Shown here: piece after piece, positions 48,480 to 58,207 of the stretch
Position numbering within the stretch: the stretch's first letter is position 1
Layout of the letters: every line of letters starts with the position of its first letter
The notes under the pieces: model-generated
The model's database searches: none
Told to the model about the DNA's origin: nothing
Seen by the model: only the letters and a program-made list of their open reading frames with translations
Program-made: the position numbers and the translations under genes
NCBI GenBank assembly: GCA_964606925.1
Contig: CAZSIH010000002.1
Span: 1-58,207 of the forward strand
Reading direction: 5' to 3'
Source of the DNA: an uncultured bacterium
GTDB taxonomy: Bacteria > Fidelibacterota > Marinisomatia > Marinisomatales > AB-629-J13
Length of the DNA: 58,207 nucleotides

Positions 48480-49816
48480 GAATTAACTTACCTGACCCGG
48501 TGGGGTTTGCAGAATGTTTTACCGAAGAGTCAGGTGTAAAAGTCAATCCTGTTGTGACGGGAATTACAACTGACAGCCGGGATATAAAACCGGGTGATCT
48601 CTACATAGCCTTGGTCGGTCGCAGAACTGACGGGCATAAATTTATCCCTGCTGTGGAATTGGAGGGCTGCAGTGCCGCTTTGGTATCGGATGTACAGGAT
48701 GAGTGTAAATCCATTCAACAAATAAAGGTTTCAAATCCATTAGAAACTATCGGCAAAACTGCCAAGTTATGGAGAGAATATGTAGGGATTCCCGTATTAG
48801 GTATTACGGGAACAAACGGAAAAACATCAACGAAAGAATTAATAAAACATGTTTTGAGTGAAAACATGAACGTTCATGCTACGGAAGGGAATTATAACAC
48901 TTCTATTGGAGTTCCTCTCACTATGTTAACCATAACTACATCTCACGAAATATCTATTTTAGAATTAGGTGCAAATCAAATGGGAGATATTCGGTATTTA
49001 TGTGAAATAACAAAACCAAATCACGGACTTATTACCAATATAGCTCCTGCACACTTAGATGGATTTGGTTCTGTAGAGGAAATAGCAAAGGAAAAAGGAG
49101 AATTATTTCTCTCTTTGACAAACGGATTTGCGTTTGTAAATGATGCAGATGAAAAAGTAAGTACCCTCTCCTGTTCCGGAACAAAAATATCCTACGGATT
49201 AACACCAACCTGTGATTTTCCAGCAGACATCATCTCCGAAAATGACGGCAGTCTGACTTTAATTATTGATTCAGAGGAAATTCCCACAGATTCCAGAAAT
49301 TTAACCTTTCTGAAAAATGTGATCGCAACGGCATCTGTGTCTATCACTCTTGGAGTAGAGTGGGATGTTTTTAGAGATCGAATTTCAACGTTTGATCCAC
49401 CAAAAGGAAGATGCCAGGTGAAACAATTTAATTCTGTTACCGTCATAGATGATACCTATAATGCAAACTTGGAATCAACCATTGCAGCACTTGATTATTT
49501 AAAGGCTTTTGGTGGAAATGGGCGGAAGATTTTCATTTTTGGAGATATGTTTGAATTAGGTCAAGATACGGAATTACACCATCGGAAAATAGGTGAAAAA
49601 TGTAAACAGACCGAATTGGACGCTGTGTATCTACTGGGAGAAAAAACTTTATATACCGATATGGAATTGAATTCATCCATAACCCATCGGCATTATTCAT
49701 CAAAAAATGAATTGATCTCCTCATTGAAAGATTCGTTCGAAGAAGGAGATAAAATTTTAATTAAGGGATCCAGAGGTATGGCAATGGAAACGATAATACA
49801 GGGGATCTTTGACTAA
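48476..49816 (+). CDS. murF: UDP-N-acetylmuramoyl-tripeptide--D-alanyl-D-alanine ligase
   Basis: It contains [13 protein letters not shown] and DDTYNAN. Confidence 0.9.
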   Translation: MRINLPDPVGFAECFTEESGVKVNPVVTGITTDSRDIKPGDLYIALVGRRTDGHKFIPAVELEGCSAALVSDVQDECKSIQQIKVSNPLETIGKTAKLWREYVGIPVLGITGTNGKTSTKELIKHVLSENMNVHATEGNYNTSIGVPLTMLTITTSHEISILELGANQMGDIRYLCEITKPNHGLITNIAPAHLDGFGSVEEIAKEKGELFLSLTNGFAFVNDADEKVSTLSCSGTKISYGLTPTCDFPADIISENDGSLTLIIDSEEIPTDSRNLTFLKNVIATASVSITLGVEWDVFRDRISTFDPPKGRCQVKQFNSVTVIDDTYNANLESTIAALDYLKAFGGNGRKIFIFGDMFELGQDTELHHRKIGEKCKQTELDAVYLLGEKTLYTDMELNSSITHRHYSSKNELISSLKDSFEEGDKILIKGSRGMAMETIIQGIFD

Positions 49817-50919
49817 TGCTTTACCATTTTCTTTATCCGTTAAAATCGCACTGGTCCGCTTTAAACCTGTTTCAATATATCACTTTCAGGTCTGCACTGG
49901 CAGCCATCATTGCATTGCTTATAAGTTTCATTTTCGGTCCAAAGGTCATTCACATGCTCAAATTTCATCATATTGGTGAAAAAATACGATCTACAGGACC
50001 AAAGACGCACATACAAAAGCAAGGAACACCCACAATGGGAGGAGTACTCATTTTAATTGCAGTACTCCTCCCTACCCTCCTTTTAGCTAATCTGACAAGC
50101 CCTTTCATACAAATCATAATATTTGCAGCAACATGGATGGGATTAATCGGCTTTTTAGATGATTATTTGAAAGTGATTAAAAAATATGAAAAAGGACTCA
50201 TTGCCAGGTATAAATTATTTGGGCAAATATTTTTAAGCATTGGAATCAGTGTTTGGATTTATTATCAGGGTAATTGGGATGGGATTTATTCTGTTACTTC
50301 AGTCCCATTCTTAAAAAATTATAATTTAGACTTCGGCTTTTTTTATCCCATAATTATTTTATTTGTCATAACAGGAACGTCAAACGCCGTAAATCTGACG
50401 GATGGTCTGGACGGACTTGCCACCGGATTATTAGCAATAGCTTTTACGGTTTTTGGAGCAATTGCTTATATTACCGGAAGGGTTGATTTTTCAAGTTATC
50501 TAAATATTTTGTATCTTCCGGGAGCCGGTGAATTAACCATTTTTACTTCTGCAATGGCAGGAGCATGTCTTGGGTTTCTTTGGTTTAATTCTGCACCTGC
50601 ACAGGTTTTTATGGGAGATGTTGGTTCTCTTTCCGCCGGAGCTGCCCTGGGAACATTGGCAGTGTTATTAAAAAAGGAACTTTTGCTGATTATCATCGGT
50701 GGAGTATTTGTTTGGGAAGCATGTTCTGTACTCCTTCAAATTGGATATTTCAGGTGGACCAGAAAGAAAAAAGGTGAAGGTAAAAGGGTTTTTAAAATGG
50801 CACCGATTCATCATCATTTCGAATTAGCAGGCTGGCCTGAAACAAAAGTGGTAGTCAGATTCTGGATCATAGGCATCCTATTAGCATTATTTTCTCTAAC
50901 AACGTTTAAGATTCGATGA
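49816..50919 (+). CDS. mraY: Phospho-N-acetylmuramoyl-pentapeptide transferase
   Basis: It contains GTPTMGG, NAVNLTDGLDGLA, MGDVGS and PIHHHFE. Confidence 0.95.
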   Translation: MLYHFLYPLKSHWSALNLFQYITFRSALAAIIALLISFIFGPKVIHMLKFHHIGEKIRSTGPKTHIQKQGTPTMGGVLILIAVLLPTLLLANLTSPFIQIIIFAATWMGLIGFLDDYLKVIKKYEKGLIARYKLFGQIFLSIGISVWIYYQGNWDGIYSVTSVPFLKNYNLDFGFFYPIIILFVITGTSNAVNLTDGLDGLATGLLAIAFTVFGAIAYITGRVDFSSYLNILYLPGAGELTIFTSAMAGACLGFLWFNSAPAQVFMGDVGSLSAGAALGTLAVLLKKELLLIIIGGVFVWEACSVLLQIGYFRWTRKKKGEGKRVFKMAPIHHHFELAGWPETKVVVRFWIIGILLALFSLTTFKIR

Positions 50920-52289
50920 TGGATATATACAAAGTCATTCCTGAAACCCTGAAAAATAAAAGAGTTACTGTCCTCGGAATGGGGATCAGCGGAATAGGTG
51001 CTGCAAAATTGTTGCACCATCTGGGTGCAGATGTATTTTTGAGTGATATCAGGGAATTTCAGGATAACAATGAACACACTATTCAATTGAATAAATTAAA
51101 TATCCCCTTTGAAACAGGAATTCACAGTAAAAGGATATTTGAAAGTGAATTTATAGTTGTGTCACCGGGGATTGGAAAAGACATGGATGTCATTCAAAAA
51201 GTACTTAAAAATGACATACCCGTCATCGGTGAATTGGAACTGGGAAGCTGGTTTACTTATGCGCCAATCATTGCTGTTACCGGTTCAAATGGAAAAACAA
51301 CCACATCAAAATTATTAGAAACTATCTGTCAAACTGATACTATTCACGGTGTATGTGCAGGAAATGTAGGAATTTCTTTTACTCAAAAAGTTCTGGAGGA
51401 TTTAATCAATCCGGACCCAAAACGGTTCTTCATTCTTGAAATATCCAGTTTCCAGGCGGAATTTTTCATTCATTTTTCTCCGTTTATCAGTATTTTTCTT
51501 AATATATCTCCGGATCATTTAAATCGTCATGGGACAATTGAAGAGTACCTGAATGCAAAAATCAGCTTATCAAAAAATCAGGATGAGAATACTTATGTGG
51601 TGTTTAATGAAGATGACTCACGGATAAAAAACTCTTTTCAAAATTCACCTATGAGAAAAATCCCGTTCAGCCTTTATCCTGAACAATCGTTTAAATATGG
51701 ATTAAATGAGACCAGGATAATTAAGAAAGATCATTCGAATTTCATCTCGTTGGAAGATATATCATTGATAGGGAAACACAATTATTCTAATATCATTGCT
51801 GCAGCAACTGCTTCTCACATATTAGGGATTGAAGAATTCCAAATTGCAGAATCAATCCGGAACTTTCATCCAATTCCACACAGAATGGAACATTTCCATA
51901 CTGCAAACGAAATCAAATATATTAACGATTCCAAAGCAACAAACATTGATGCAGTTCAATGTGCATTAGACAGTTTTAATCAGCCGGTAATTCTCATTCT
52001 CGGAGGATTATTTAAAGGCGGACATTTTAACGAACTCCTTCCACATACAGGAAACGTAAAAGCAGTCATTGCATATGGCGAGGCTCAGGAATTAATTAAC
52101 ACTGCATTGAGGGATACGGTAAGACTGTACAAATCTGACAGTCTTAAACATGCGGTGGTCCTGAGCCGTTCAATTGCTCATCCGGGGGATATCATTTTAC
52201 TGTCTCCCGGTTGTGCAAGTTTTGATCAATTTAATAATTATGAAGAAAGAGGAGACTGTTTTAAAAATTGGGTTTTAGAGCGGATTTAA
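50916..52289 (+). CDS. murD: UDP-N-acetylmuramoylalanine--D-glutamate ligase
   Basis: It contains VLGMGISG, VTGSNGKTTT and NDSKATN. Confidence 0.9.
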   Translation: MMDIYKVIPETLKNKRVTVLGMGISGIGAAKLLHHLGADVFLSDIREFQDNNEHTIQLNKLNIPFETGIHSKRIFESEFIVVSPGIGKDMDVIQKVLKNDIPVIGELELGSWFTYAPIIAVTGSNGKTTTSKLLETICQTDTIHGVCAGNVGISFTQKVLEDLINPDPKRFFILEISSFQAEFFIHFSPFISIFLNISPDHLNRHGTIEEYLNAKISLSKNQDENTYVVFNEDDSRIKNSFQNSPMRKIPFSLYPEQSFKYGLNETRIIKKDHSNFISLEDISLIGKHNYSNIIAAATASHILGIEEFQIAESIRNFHPIPHRMEHFHTANEIKYINDSKATNIDAVQCALDSFNQPVILILGGLFKGGHFNELLPHTGNVKAVIAYGEAQELINTALRDTVRLYKSDSLKHAVVLSRSIAHPGDIILLSPGCASFDQFNNYEERGDCFKNWVLERI

Positions 52290-52293
52290 TTAA

Positions 52294-53439
52294 ATGATCC
52301 ATTTAAATCTCATTAAACGTAATATCGATCATATACTGCTCGGACAGATTTTACTCGTCACTGCGTTTGGGATTATCATGCTTTATAGTGCAAGTTCAGC
52401 TCAGTCTATCCATCTAACCGGCGGTAAAACAAACTCAATGTATTTGACCGCTCATTTAAAACGGTTATTCATCGCCTTATCTGCAATGACTGCATTTATA
52501 TTCATTGACTATCGAAAGTTAAAACAATGGGCTCCTCTTTTGATTGGTATTTCATTTGGATTACTTTCCCTCGGATTGATTTTCAAGATTATTTCCGGAA
52601 GTACTTTTCCTGCAAGGTGGATTCATTTAGGTTCAATTACTTTCCAAACGTCTGACTTCACCCGATTGTCTGTCATCATTTATCTGGCTGCTTATCTGGA
52701 TACAAATCACCGAAAAATTTCGGATTTTACTAATGGACTACTTCCACCTGTACTTATTTTAACTGGAATCTGTAGTTTGATCGTTTTACAACCGGATTTC
52801 AGTACAGCCATGGTGATTGCATTCATTGGATTTGTGATTTTGTTCATTGGCGGTGCAAAAGTGTCTCAGTTGGCAGCATGCGGATCAATAGGGATCGCTG
52901 TCTCGATACCTGTTTTGATGTTAAAATCATATAGGTTAGATCGAATATTCGCATGGTTTAATCAGGAAGGTTCTAATAATTATCAGGCATCGCAATCTCT
53001 CATCAGTCTTGGAAACGGAGGATTAGTTGGTTTGGGTTTGGGAAACAGCATGCAAAAGGATCAATTTCTTCCCACTCCTCATACAGACTTTATTTTTGCA
53101 ATAATAGGTGAAGAAACAGGTTTCATAGGTGGAATGTTTTTACTGTTTCTGTTTATCCTAATTTACAGAAGAGGTATCAGGATAGCCAGAGAATGTACCG
53201 ATCCATTCGGAATTTTTCTGGCAGTGGGAATTGGATTCAATTTGATTTGTTATACATTTATCAATGTTGCAGTTGTAACAGGAATATTACCGGTGACAGG
53301 ATTACAAATCCCTATGGTGAGTTATGGAGGTTCAGGATTGGTCATTACGTTAATAGGAGTTGGAATTTTGTTAAATATCAGCCAGAGAAAAAGATCGGTG
53401 AGATTATCTGATATTCGAAACAAGAGAATTTATGAATGA
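52294..53439 (+). CDS. ftsW: Peptidoglycan glycosyltransferase FtsW (SEDS family)
   Basis: It has about 10 transmembrane segments and contains PDFSTA, PTPHTDFIF and SYGGS. Confidence 0.9.
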   Translation: MIHLNLIKRNIDHILLGQILLVTAFGIIMLYSASSAQSIHLTGGKTNSMYLTAHLKRLFIALSAMTAFIFIDYRKLKQWAPLLIGISFGLLSLGLIFKIISGSTFPARWIHLGSITFQTSDFTRLSVIIYLAAYLDTNHRKISDFTNGLLPPVLILTGICSLIVLQPDFSTAMVIAFIGFVILFIGGAKVSQLAACGSIGIAVSIPVLMLKSYRLDRIFAWFNQEGSNNYQASQSLISLGNGGLVGLGLGNSMQKDQFLPTPHTDFIFAIIGEETGFIGGMFLLFLFILIYRRGIRIARECTDPFGIFLAVGIGFNLICYTFINVAVVTGILPVTGLQIPMVSYGGSGLVITLIGVGILLNISQRKRSVRLSDIRNKRIYE

Positions 53440-54529
53440 AATTAGAATTCTTATTGCAGGGGGCGGCACCGGGGGTCATCTTTTTCCGGCAATTGCCATC
53501 GGAGAAAAAATTCAATCCATGCATGGAAATACAGCTATCCATTTCATGGGTTCAACCTTTGGCATCGAGTCAAAAGTATTACCAGTGAAAGCGCTCCCTC
53601 ATACCTTACTCCCAATGAAAGGATTACAAAGAAGTCTTTCATTTCAATCCCTGATGAAAAACCTGAGTCTTCCATATTTTTATTTAAAATCCACTTCCGT
53701 TGCAGGAGATATTTTTAATGAATTTTTACCCCAGGTTGTCGTTGGTACAGGTGGATATGCCAGTGCAATTCCGGTGAAAATGTCCCTGAAAAACAACATT
53801 CCTGTGATTCTTCAGGAACAAAATTCTTATCCGGGACTCACGACTCGAATGTACGCTTCCAAAGTAAAAATTGTTTGTACCGCATTTGAAGAAGCTCATA
53901 ATTACCTCAATACTGATTGTTTTCTCACGGGTAACCCAATTCGTACAAATATAATGAACGGAAACAGAGACGAAGGCGGAAGAAAATTTCACCTGAATCC
54001 TTCTTTAAATACACTTTTTATTTTTGGCGGAAGTCAGGGTTCCCTTTTTCTAAATCAAATAATGGAAAAATCCATTGAAAGATTACGGAAGAAAAATATT
54101 CAGGTTTTATGGCAGACAGGAGATAATCATTATAGTCATTATAAACAGTTTGATTCAGAGATGATTCGTGTCACACCCTTTATCGATGCTATGGCAGATG
54201 CCTATGCGTTGTGTGATTTAATTATTTCCCGGTCAGGTGCATTGGCAGTTTCCGAAATCATGGCAGTAGGAAAAGCAAGTATTTTAGTCCCTTTTTCCGG
54301 TGCAGCAGAAAACCACCAATACAAAAATGCAAAAGCATTGGAAGGTCAAGAAGCAGCAGTTTTAATGAGTGAGAAAAATTTGGACTCAACAGCAATTGTG
54401 AATACTATCATAAAATTGGTACATGACAAATCTAAATTGAAAGAAATTGGCAAAAGGGCAATATCCATGAGTAAACCAAATGCCACGGAATTAATTGCCA
54501 ATAAAATTATCGAGTTGGCAACCGCCTGA
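53432..54529 (+). CDS. murG: UDP-N-acetylglucosamine--N-acetylmuramyl-(pentapeptide) pyrophosphoryl-undecaprenol N-acetylglucosamine transferase
   Basis: It contains GGGTGGHLFPAIAI, EQNSYPG, SRSGALAVSE and HQYKNA. Confidence 0.9.
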   Translation: MNEIRILIAGGGTGGHLFPAIAIGEKIQSMHGNTAIHFMGSTFGIESKVLPVKALPHTLLPMKGLQRSLSFQSLMKNLSLPYFYLKSTSVAGDIFNEFLPQVVVGTGGYASAIPVKMSLKNNIPVILQEQNSYPGLTTRMYASKVKIVCTAFEEAHNYLNTDCFLTGNPIRTNIMNGNRDEGGRKFHLNPSLNTLFIFGGSQGSLFLNQIMEKSIERLRKKNIQVLWQTGDNHYSHYKQFDSEMIRVTPFIDAMADAYALCDLIISRSGALAVSEIMAVGKASILVPFSGAAENHQYKNAKALEGQEAAVLMSEKNLDSTAIVNTIIKLVHDKSKLKEIGKRAISMSKPNATELIANKIIELATA

Positions 54530-55914
54530 TGTTCCGCAAAGTAAACCATGTTCATTTTGTAGGAATAGGAGGAATAGGAATGAGCGGAATTGCAGAATTG
54601 CTTTTGAATTTAGGATTTGAGGTCAGTGGTTCGGATTTGCAGAAATCACCAATCATAATGTCCCTCATTGACAAAGGAGCAAAAGTTCATTTTGGTCACG
54701 ATCAGAAGAATGTTACACACAGTGATGTGCTGGTCTATTCCAGTGCAGTTCATGATGATAATCCGGAAATATCAGCAGCACAGAAAAATGGAATTCCTGT
54801 CATAAAGCGTGCTGAAATGCTGGGAGAATTAATTGCTGTAAAACCAACAAGCATTGCCATTGGAGGGACTCACGGGAAAACATCCACCACATCTATGATC
54901 GGATCTGTATTGACAGAAGCAAAAATGGAACCCACTTTAGTGGTGGGAGGACATGTTAAGAATATTGAATCCGGGTCTATGTTGGGAAGAGGAGATATCA
55001 TTGTGGTTGAAGCAGATGAGTTTGACCGCAGTTTTCTTGCATTACGTCCAACAATCAGTGTCGTAACAAACATTGAGTTGGAACATACTGATTGTTATCA
55101 GAATTTAACAGAACTGCAGGACGCTTTCCTTACTTTTTGCAACTCAGTTCCATTTTATGGTGCGGTCGTTGTGTGCTCTGATTCTCCTGCATTGGTGGAA
55201 ATATTACCTGACATTCGCAGATCCACTTTAACCTATGGATTGTCTTCTGACTCACAGGTATCTGCTCAAAACATCAGTCACACAGGAAGTGAGAGTTCAT
55301 TTCAGGTAACCAAGGATGAAAATTCCTTAGGTGAAATTTCAATAGATGTTCCCGGGAAACACAATGTCACAAATTCCCTGGCAGCAGTCACCCTTGGGTT
55401 AGAATTGGGCATTCCTTTTTCTGCTATTTCACGGGGGATACAATCTTATTCAGGTGTGAAAAGACGATTTGAAATAAAAGGGTCATGTCATGATGTAATG
55501 ATTGTGGATGATTATGCTCACCATCCTACCGAAGTACGAGCAACATTAGATGCTGCAAAAGATGGGTGGAACCGGAGAATTATTGCGGTTTTTCAGCCAC
55601 ATCTTTTTTCACGAACACGGGATTTTTATCAGGATTTTGCTAACTCTTTTTCTAAAGCAGACATTTTAATCGTAACTAAAATTTTCCCCTCGAGGGAAGA
55701 ACCTATTGAAGGAGTCTCCGGAGAATTGGTTGTCAATGCTGCTCAGAAAAATAACCATCCGCACTCAGTGTATATAAATGATTGGAAACAGCTGAAGAAA
55801 TCCTTGGATGAACTTGTGAAACCGGGAGACATGATCATCACAATCGGCGCAGGGAATATCTGGCGGTTTTGCCAGGAGTATTTTGAACATTTATCCGCTA
55901 AATCAAATCTCTGA
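54529..55914 (+). CDS. murC: UDP-N-acetylmuramate--L-alanine ligase
   Basis: It contains HFVGIGGIGMSGIA, GGTHGKTSTTSM and DDYAHHP. Confidence 0.9.
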   Translation: MFRKVNHVHFVGIGGIGMSGIAELLLNLGFEVSGSDLQKSPIIMSLIDKGAKVHFGHDQKNVTHSDVLVYSSAVHDDNPEISAAQKNGIPVIKRAEMLGELIAVKPTSIAIGGTHGKTSTTSMIGSVLTEAKMEPTLVVGGHVKNIESGSMLGRGDIIVVEADEFDRSFLALRPTISVVTNIELEHTDCYQNLTELQDAFLTFCNSVPFYGAVVVCSDSPALVEILPDIRRSTLTYGLSSDSQVSAQNISHTGSESSFQVTKDENSLGEISIDVPGKHNVTNSLAAVTLGLELGIPFSAISRGIQSYSGVKRRFEIKGSCHDVMIVDDYAHHPTEVRATLDAAKDGWNRRIIAVFQPHLFSRTRDFYQDFANSFSKADILIVTKIFPSREEPIEGVSGELVVNAAQKNNHPHSVYINDWKQLKKSLDELVKPGDMIITIGAGNIWRFCQEYFEHLSAKSNL

Positions 55915-56834
55915 TGGAGTATGAAAAGGAAATTACGAGTATGATCAACGGAACCTGCCTTATGAACGAACCCATGTCAAAACATACAACTTATGGCATT
56001 GGCGGACCTGCTTCATTTTACATCAAACCACAAGATAAGGAGGATTTAAAAAATATATTATTATTTGCCGAAAGTAAATCCATTCCGGTTAATTTTGTCG
56101 GAACGGGGTCTAATCTCCTCGTGTCTGACTCAGGAATAAAAGGAATTGTTATTTCTCTGGATAAATCTTTAAAAAAAATCACGTTTTTATCCGACACCAT
56201 GATTTATGCAGAAGGCGGAGCCATGCTGGGAAAACTGGTGAAATTATGCATCGGTAATAACCTTACAGGATTAGAAAGTTTGATTGGAGTACCGGGAACA
56301 CTTGGCGGAGCTCTGGTCATGAATGCAGGGGCATTCGGTGGAGAAATTTCCAAGTGTCTTCAGTCGGTTGATATAATCAAAACGGATGGTACTGAACAGC
56401 AATATTCCTCAAAGGACATACATTTTCAATATCGGTCCTCCAGTTTCTCAAAGGAGGAGATCATTGTGGGAGCTACATTCATATTAAAAAAAGATGATCC
56501 GAAACAGATTCAGGTGAAACGACAAAAAGCAAGTCATGGAAGAAAATCGTCTCAACCGTTACGTATTCGATCTGCAGGAAGTGTATTTAAAAATCCGGAA
56601 ACCACAGCCGCCGGTTACCTAATTGACCAAGCCGGGATAAAAGGGACAATAAAAGGAGGTGCAGAAATATCAACAAAACATGCAAATTTCTTCGTCAATA
56701 ATGGAAATGCTGCCAGTGATGATTTAGTGTTCCTTATACGCCTTGCACGGAAAAAAGTATTGAAAAAATTTGGGATCCATTTGGATTTAGAAATTAAAAC
56801 GCTGGGGTTTCCAGAGGGAACATTTGAAACATGA
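55914..56834 (+). CDS. murB: UDP-N-acetylenolpyruvoylglucosamine reductase
   Basis: It has the FAD-binding domain (GGPA...VGTGSNLLV, GVPGTLGGALVMNAGA) and contains SAGSVFKNP. Confidence 0.9.
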   Translation: MEYEKEITSMINGTCLMNEPMSKHTTYGIGGPASFYIKPQDKEDLKNILLFAESKSIPVNFVGTGSNLLVSDSGIKGIVISLDKSLKKITFLSDTMIYAEGGAMLGKLVKLCIGNNLTGLESLIGVPGTLGGALVMNAGAFGGEISKCLQSVDIIKTDGTEQQYSSKDIHFQYRSSSFSKEEIIVGATFILKKDDPKQIQVKRQKASHGRKSSQPLRIRSAGSVFKNPETTAAGYLIDQAGIKGTIKGGAEISTKHANFFVNNGNAASDDLVFLIRLARKKVLKKFGIHLDLEIKTLGFPEGTFET

Positions 56835-57592
56835 AAAAGAAAAAATATACCGTCTCAACATTCATCATTTTCCCTCTCACAATCGGACTGTTCATCCTGC
56901 TGATATGGAGTTCATTTAATTGGGCATCTTTTTCACAGAATGTGAACATTTCCAGTATAAAAATTACTGGACATGAAATTATTTCGATCAAAGAATACCA
57001 CTCTTTAGTTAATTCCTTCACAGGTTCATCCACATTCTCCATTGATTTGAGAAAAATTGCATCTATAATTGAAAAACATTCCTACGTAAAATCTGCAAGA
57101 GTAAGCCGTTTGTTCCCAAATGGCGTTTTGATCGAAATCACAGAACGACAACCCATTGCTATGGTGAACGCTGTTCCTCCCATGCTTTTGGATAGAAGAG
57201 GCTTTTTATTTCCATTAAGAGGATCATTCAGTGATTATTCCCTTCCTGTCCTTTCTCATTTTGTAGCCACAGGAAATTCTTATCATGAAATGAATAAAAA
57301 TCATTCAAAATCAATGGCTGCAGCAAAACAAATCCTTCACTTTTTAGCGGATGAACACCCCCAATTATTTGCGAATATTTCCGAATTACGATTGAACAAT
57401 CAGGAGGATTTTGAAATTATTTTACTTGAACAACCTACCAAGGTAGTTTTAGGAAAAAACCAGTTTATCAAAAAATTAAATGTATTAATGAAGTTTAATA
57501 ATCAACTTTTATCACTCAATAAAAATATTACGGATTACAAAAAACTGGATCTACGTTATGAACGCCAGGTTGTCGTACGGGAATGGATATGA
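56831..57592 (+). CDS. ftsQ: Cell division protein FtsQ (POTRA domain)
   Basis: It has a single N-terminal transmembrane segment and a POTRA-like region (VNISSIKITGHEIIS...IEKHSYVKSARVSRLFPNGVLIEITERQP). It lies between murB and ftsA. Confidence 0.75.
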   Translation: MKKKKYTVSTFIIFPLTIGLFILLIWSSFNWASFSQNVNISSIKITGHEIISIKEYHSLVNSFTGSSTFSIDLRKIASIIEKHSYVKSARVSRLFPNGVLIEITERQPIAMVNAVPPMLLDRRGFLFPLRGSFSDYSLPVLSHFVATGNSYHEMNKNHSKSMAAAKQILHFLADEHPQLFANISELRLNNQEDFEIILLEQPTKVVLGKNQFIKKLNVLMKFNNQLLSLNKNITDYKKLDLRYERQVVVREWI

Positions 57593-58207
57593 TAAAAAAA
57601 GGAACACTCATTCAAAATCAGTCAATCGTTGCAGGTATAGATATCGGGTCTGCTAAATGCTGTTGTTCCATTGGTAAATTTAATTATGAAACCGGTGATA
57701 TTAAATTGCTGGGAATTGGTGAGAGCTCATCCACCGGTATGAAAAAAGGATCTATTGTGAATCGTGATAAAGTGATTGAAAATATTGAAGATGCAGTCCG
57801 GGATGCAGAATCAATGGCACAAATTAAAGTTGATAGGGCAAATGTCACCATTTCCGGGAATCATATTCGGGGATTGAATACACAGGGAGCCATAGCCATT
57901 CACACAAATGGAAACGGTCATATTCCTGATGCTCAGCCAATTCAACCGAAGGATATTCATAAAGTTTTGGATATGGCAAGGGCTATTTCCTTCCCGATAG
58001 ACCGAAACATCTTACATATCATCCCGCAGGAATATATAATTGATACAATGGAAGGCGTCATCAATCCGATTGGAATGACAGGGCGAAGACTTGAAGCTAG
58101 GGTTCATCTTATCACGGTTGCAATTTCTTCCCTGACCAATATAAAGGATTGTGTTGAAGAATCAGGGATTTCAGTGGATGAAATAATATACCAGGGATTG
58201 GCATCAG
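57589..58207 (+). CDS. ftsA: Cell division protein FtsA (N-terminal part; runs off the window)
   Basis: Absent from the track because it is edge-truncated. The ATG overlaps the ftsQ TGA. My translation reads MIKKGTLIQNQSIVAGIDIGSAKCCCSIGKFNYETGDIKLLGIGESSSTGMKKGSIVN..., an actin-like ATPase phosphate-1 motif. Confidence 0.85.
   Translation, partial: MIKKGTLIQNQSIVAGIDIGSAKCCCSIGKFNYETGDIKLLGIGESSSTGMKKGSIVNRDKVIENIEDAVRDAESMAQIKVDRANVTISGNHIRGLNTQGAIAIHTNGNGHIPDAQPIQPKDIHKVLDMARAISFPIDRNILHIIPQEYIIDTMEGVINPIGMTGRRLEARVHLITVAISSLTNIKDCVEESGISVDEIIYQGLAS

Overview
AT-rich bacterial chromosomal segment that is almost entirely housekeeping. All family calls come from reading motifs by eye; no searches were run. 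The gene content (BatA-E aerotolerance operon, a FISUMP-domain protein, weak or absent SD sequences) suggests an FCB-superphylum or Marinimicrobia-like organism, but that is only a guess. Positions 1-41610 are coded entirely on the minus strand. They hold an HExxH/FISUMP secreted protein, tRNA-Leu and tRNA-Cys, M16C and M3 peptidases, tRNA-Gly, a three-gene selenoprotein/rhodanese/MauE module, yciH, tRNA-Ala, a SPOR protein, batEDCBA and tatA. They continue with pssA-psd-htrA-truA, lnt, ruvX, relA/spoT, dnaB, udg, rpoZ-gmk-yicC, mutS-selB-selA, an MFS transporter and the ffh-rpsP-KH-rimM-trmD-rplS operon. A 764-bp non-coding strand-switch region full of short repeats follows (41611-42374). After it come plus-strand rodZ-like and a complete dcw cluster (mraZ-rsmH-ftsL-ftsI-murE-murF-mraY-murD-ftsW-murG-murC-murB-ftsQ-ftsA). 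I found no transposase, integrase, CRISPR array, rRNA or recognisable defence system. The most interesting item is a gene the ORF track truncates. Its frame stays open upstream through one in-frame TGA preceded by Cys-Gly and followed by a hairpin that places GGUCUG at the same distance from UGA as the E. coli fdhF SECIS. This gives a Cys-Gly-Sec lipoprotein on a catalytically degenerate 5'-nucleotidase-like fold, translationally coupled to a rhodanese and a MauE/DoxX membrane protein, with selA and selB in the same window. Other notable points are a 423-aa ribosomal protein S16 with a tandemly repeated hyper-acidic tail, a truA with no canonical start codon, and GTGGGTA boxes upstream of mraZ. 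Two edge-truncated ORFs (1..1851 minus, 57589..58207 plus) are missing from the supplied track.
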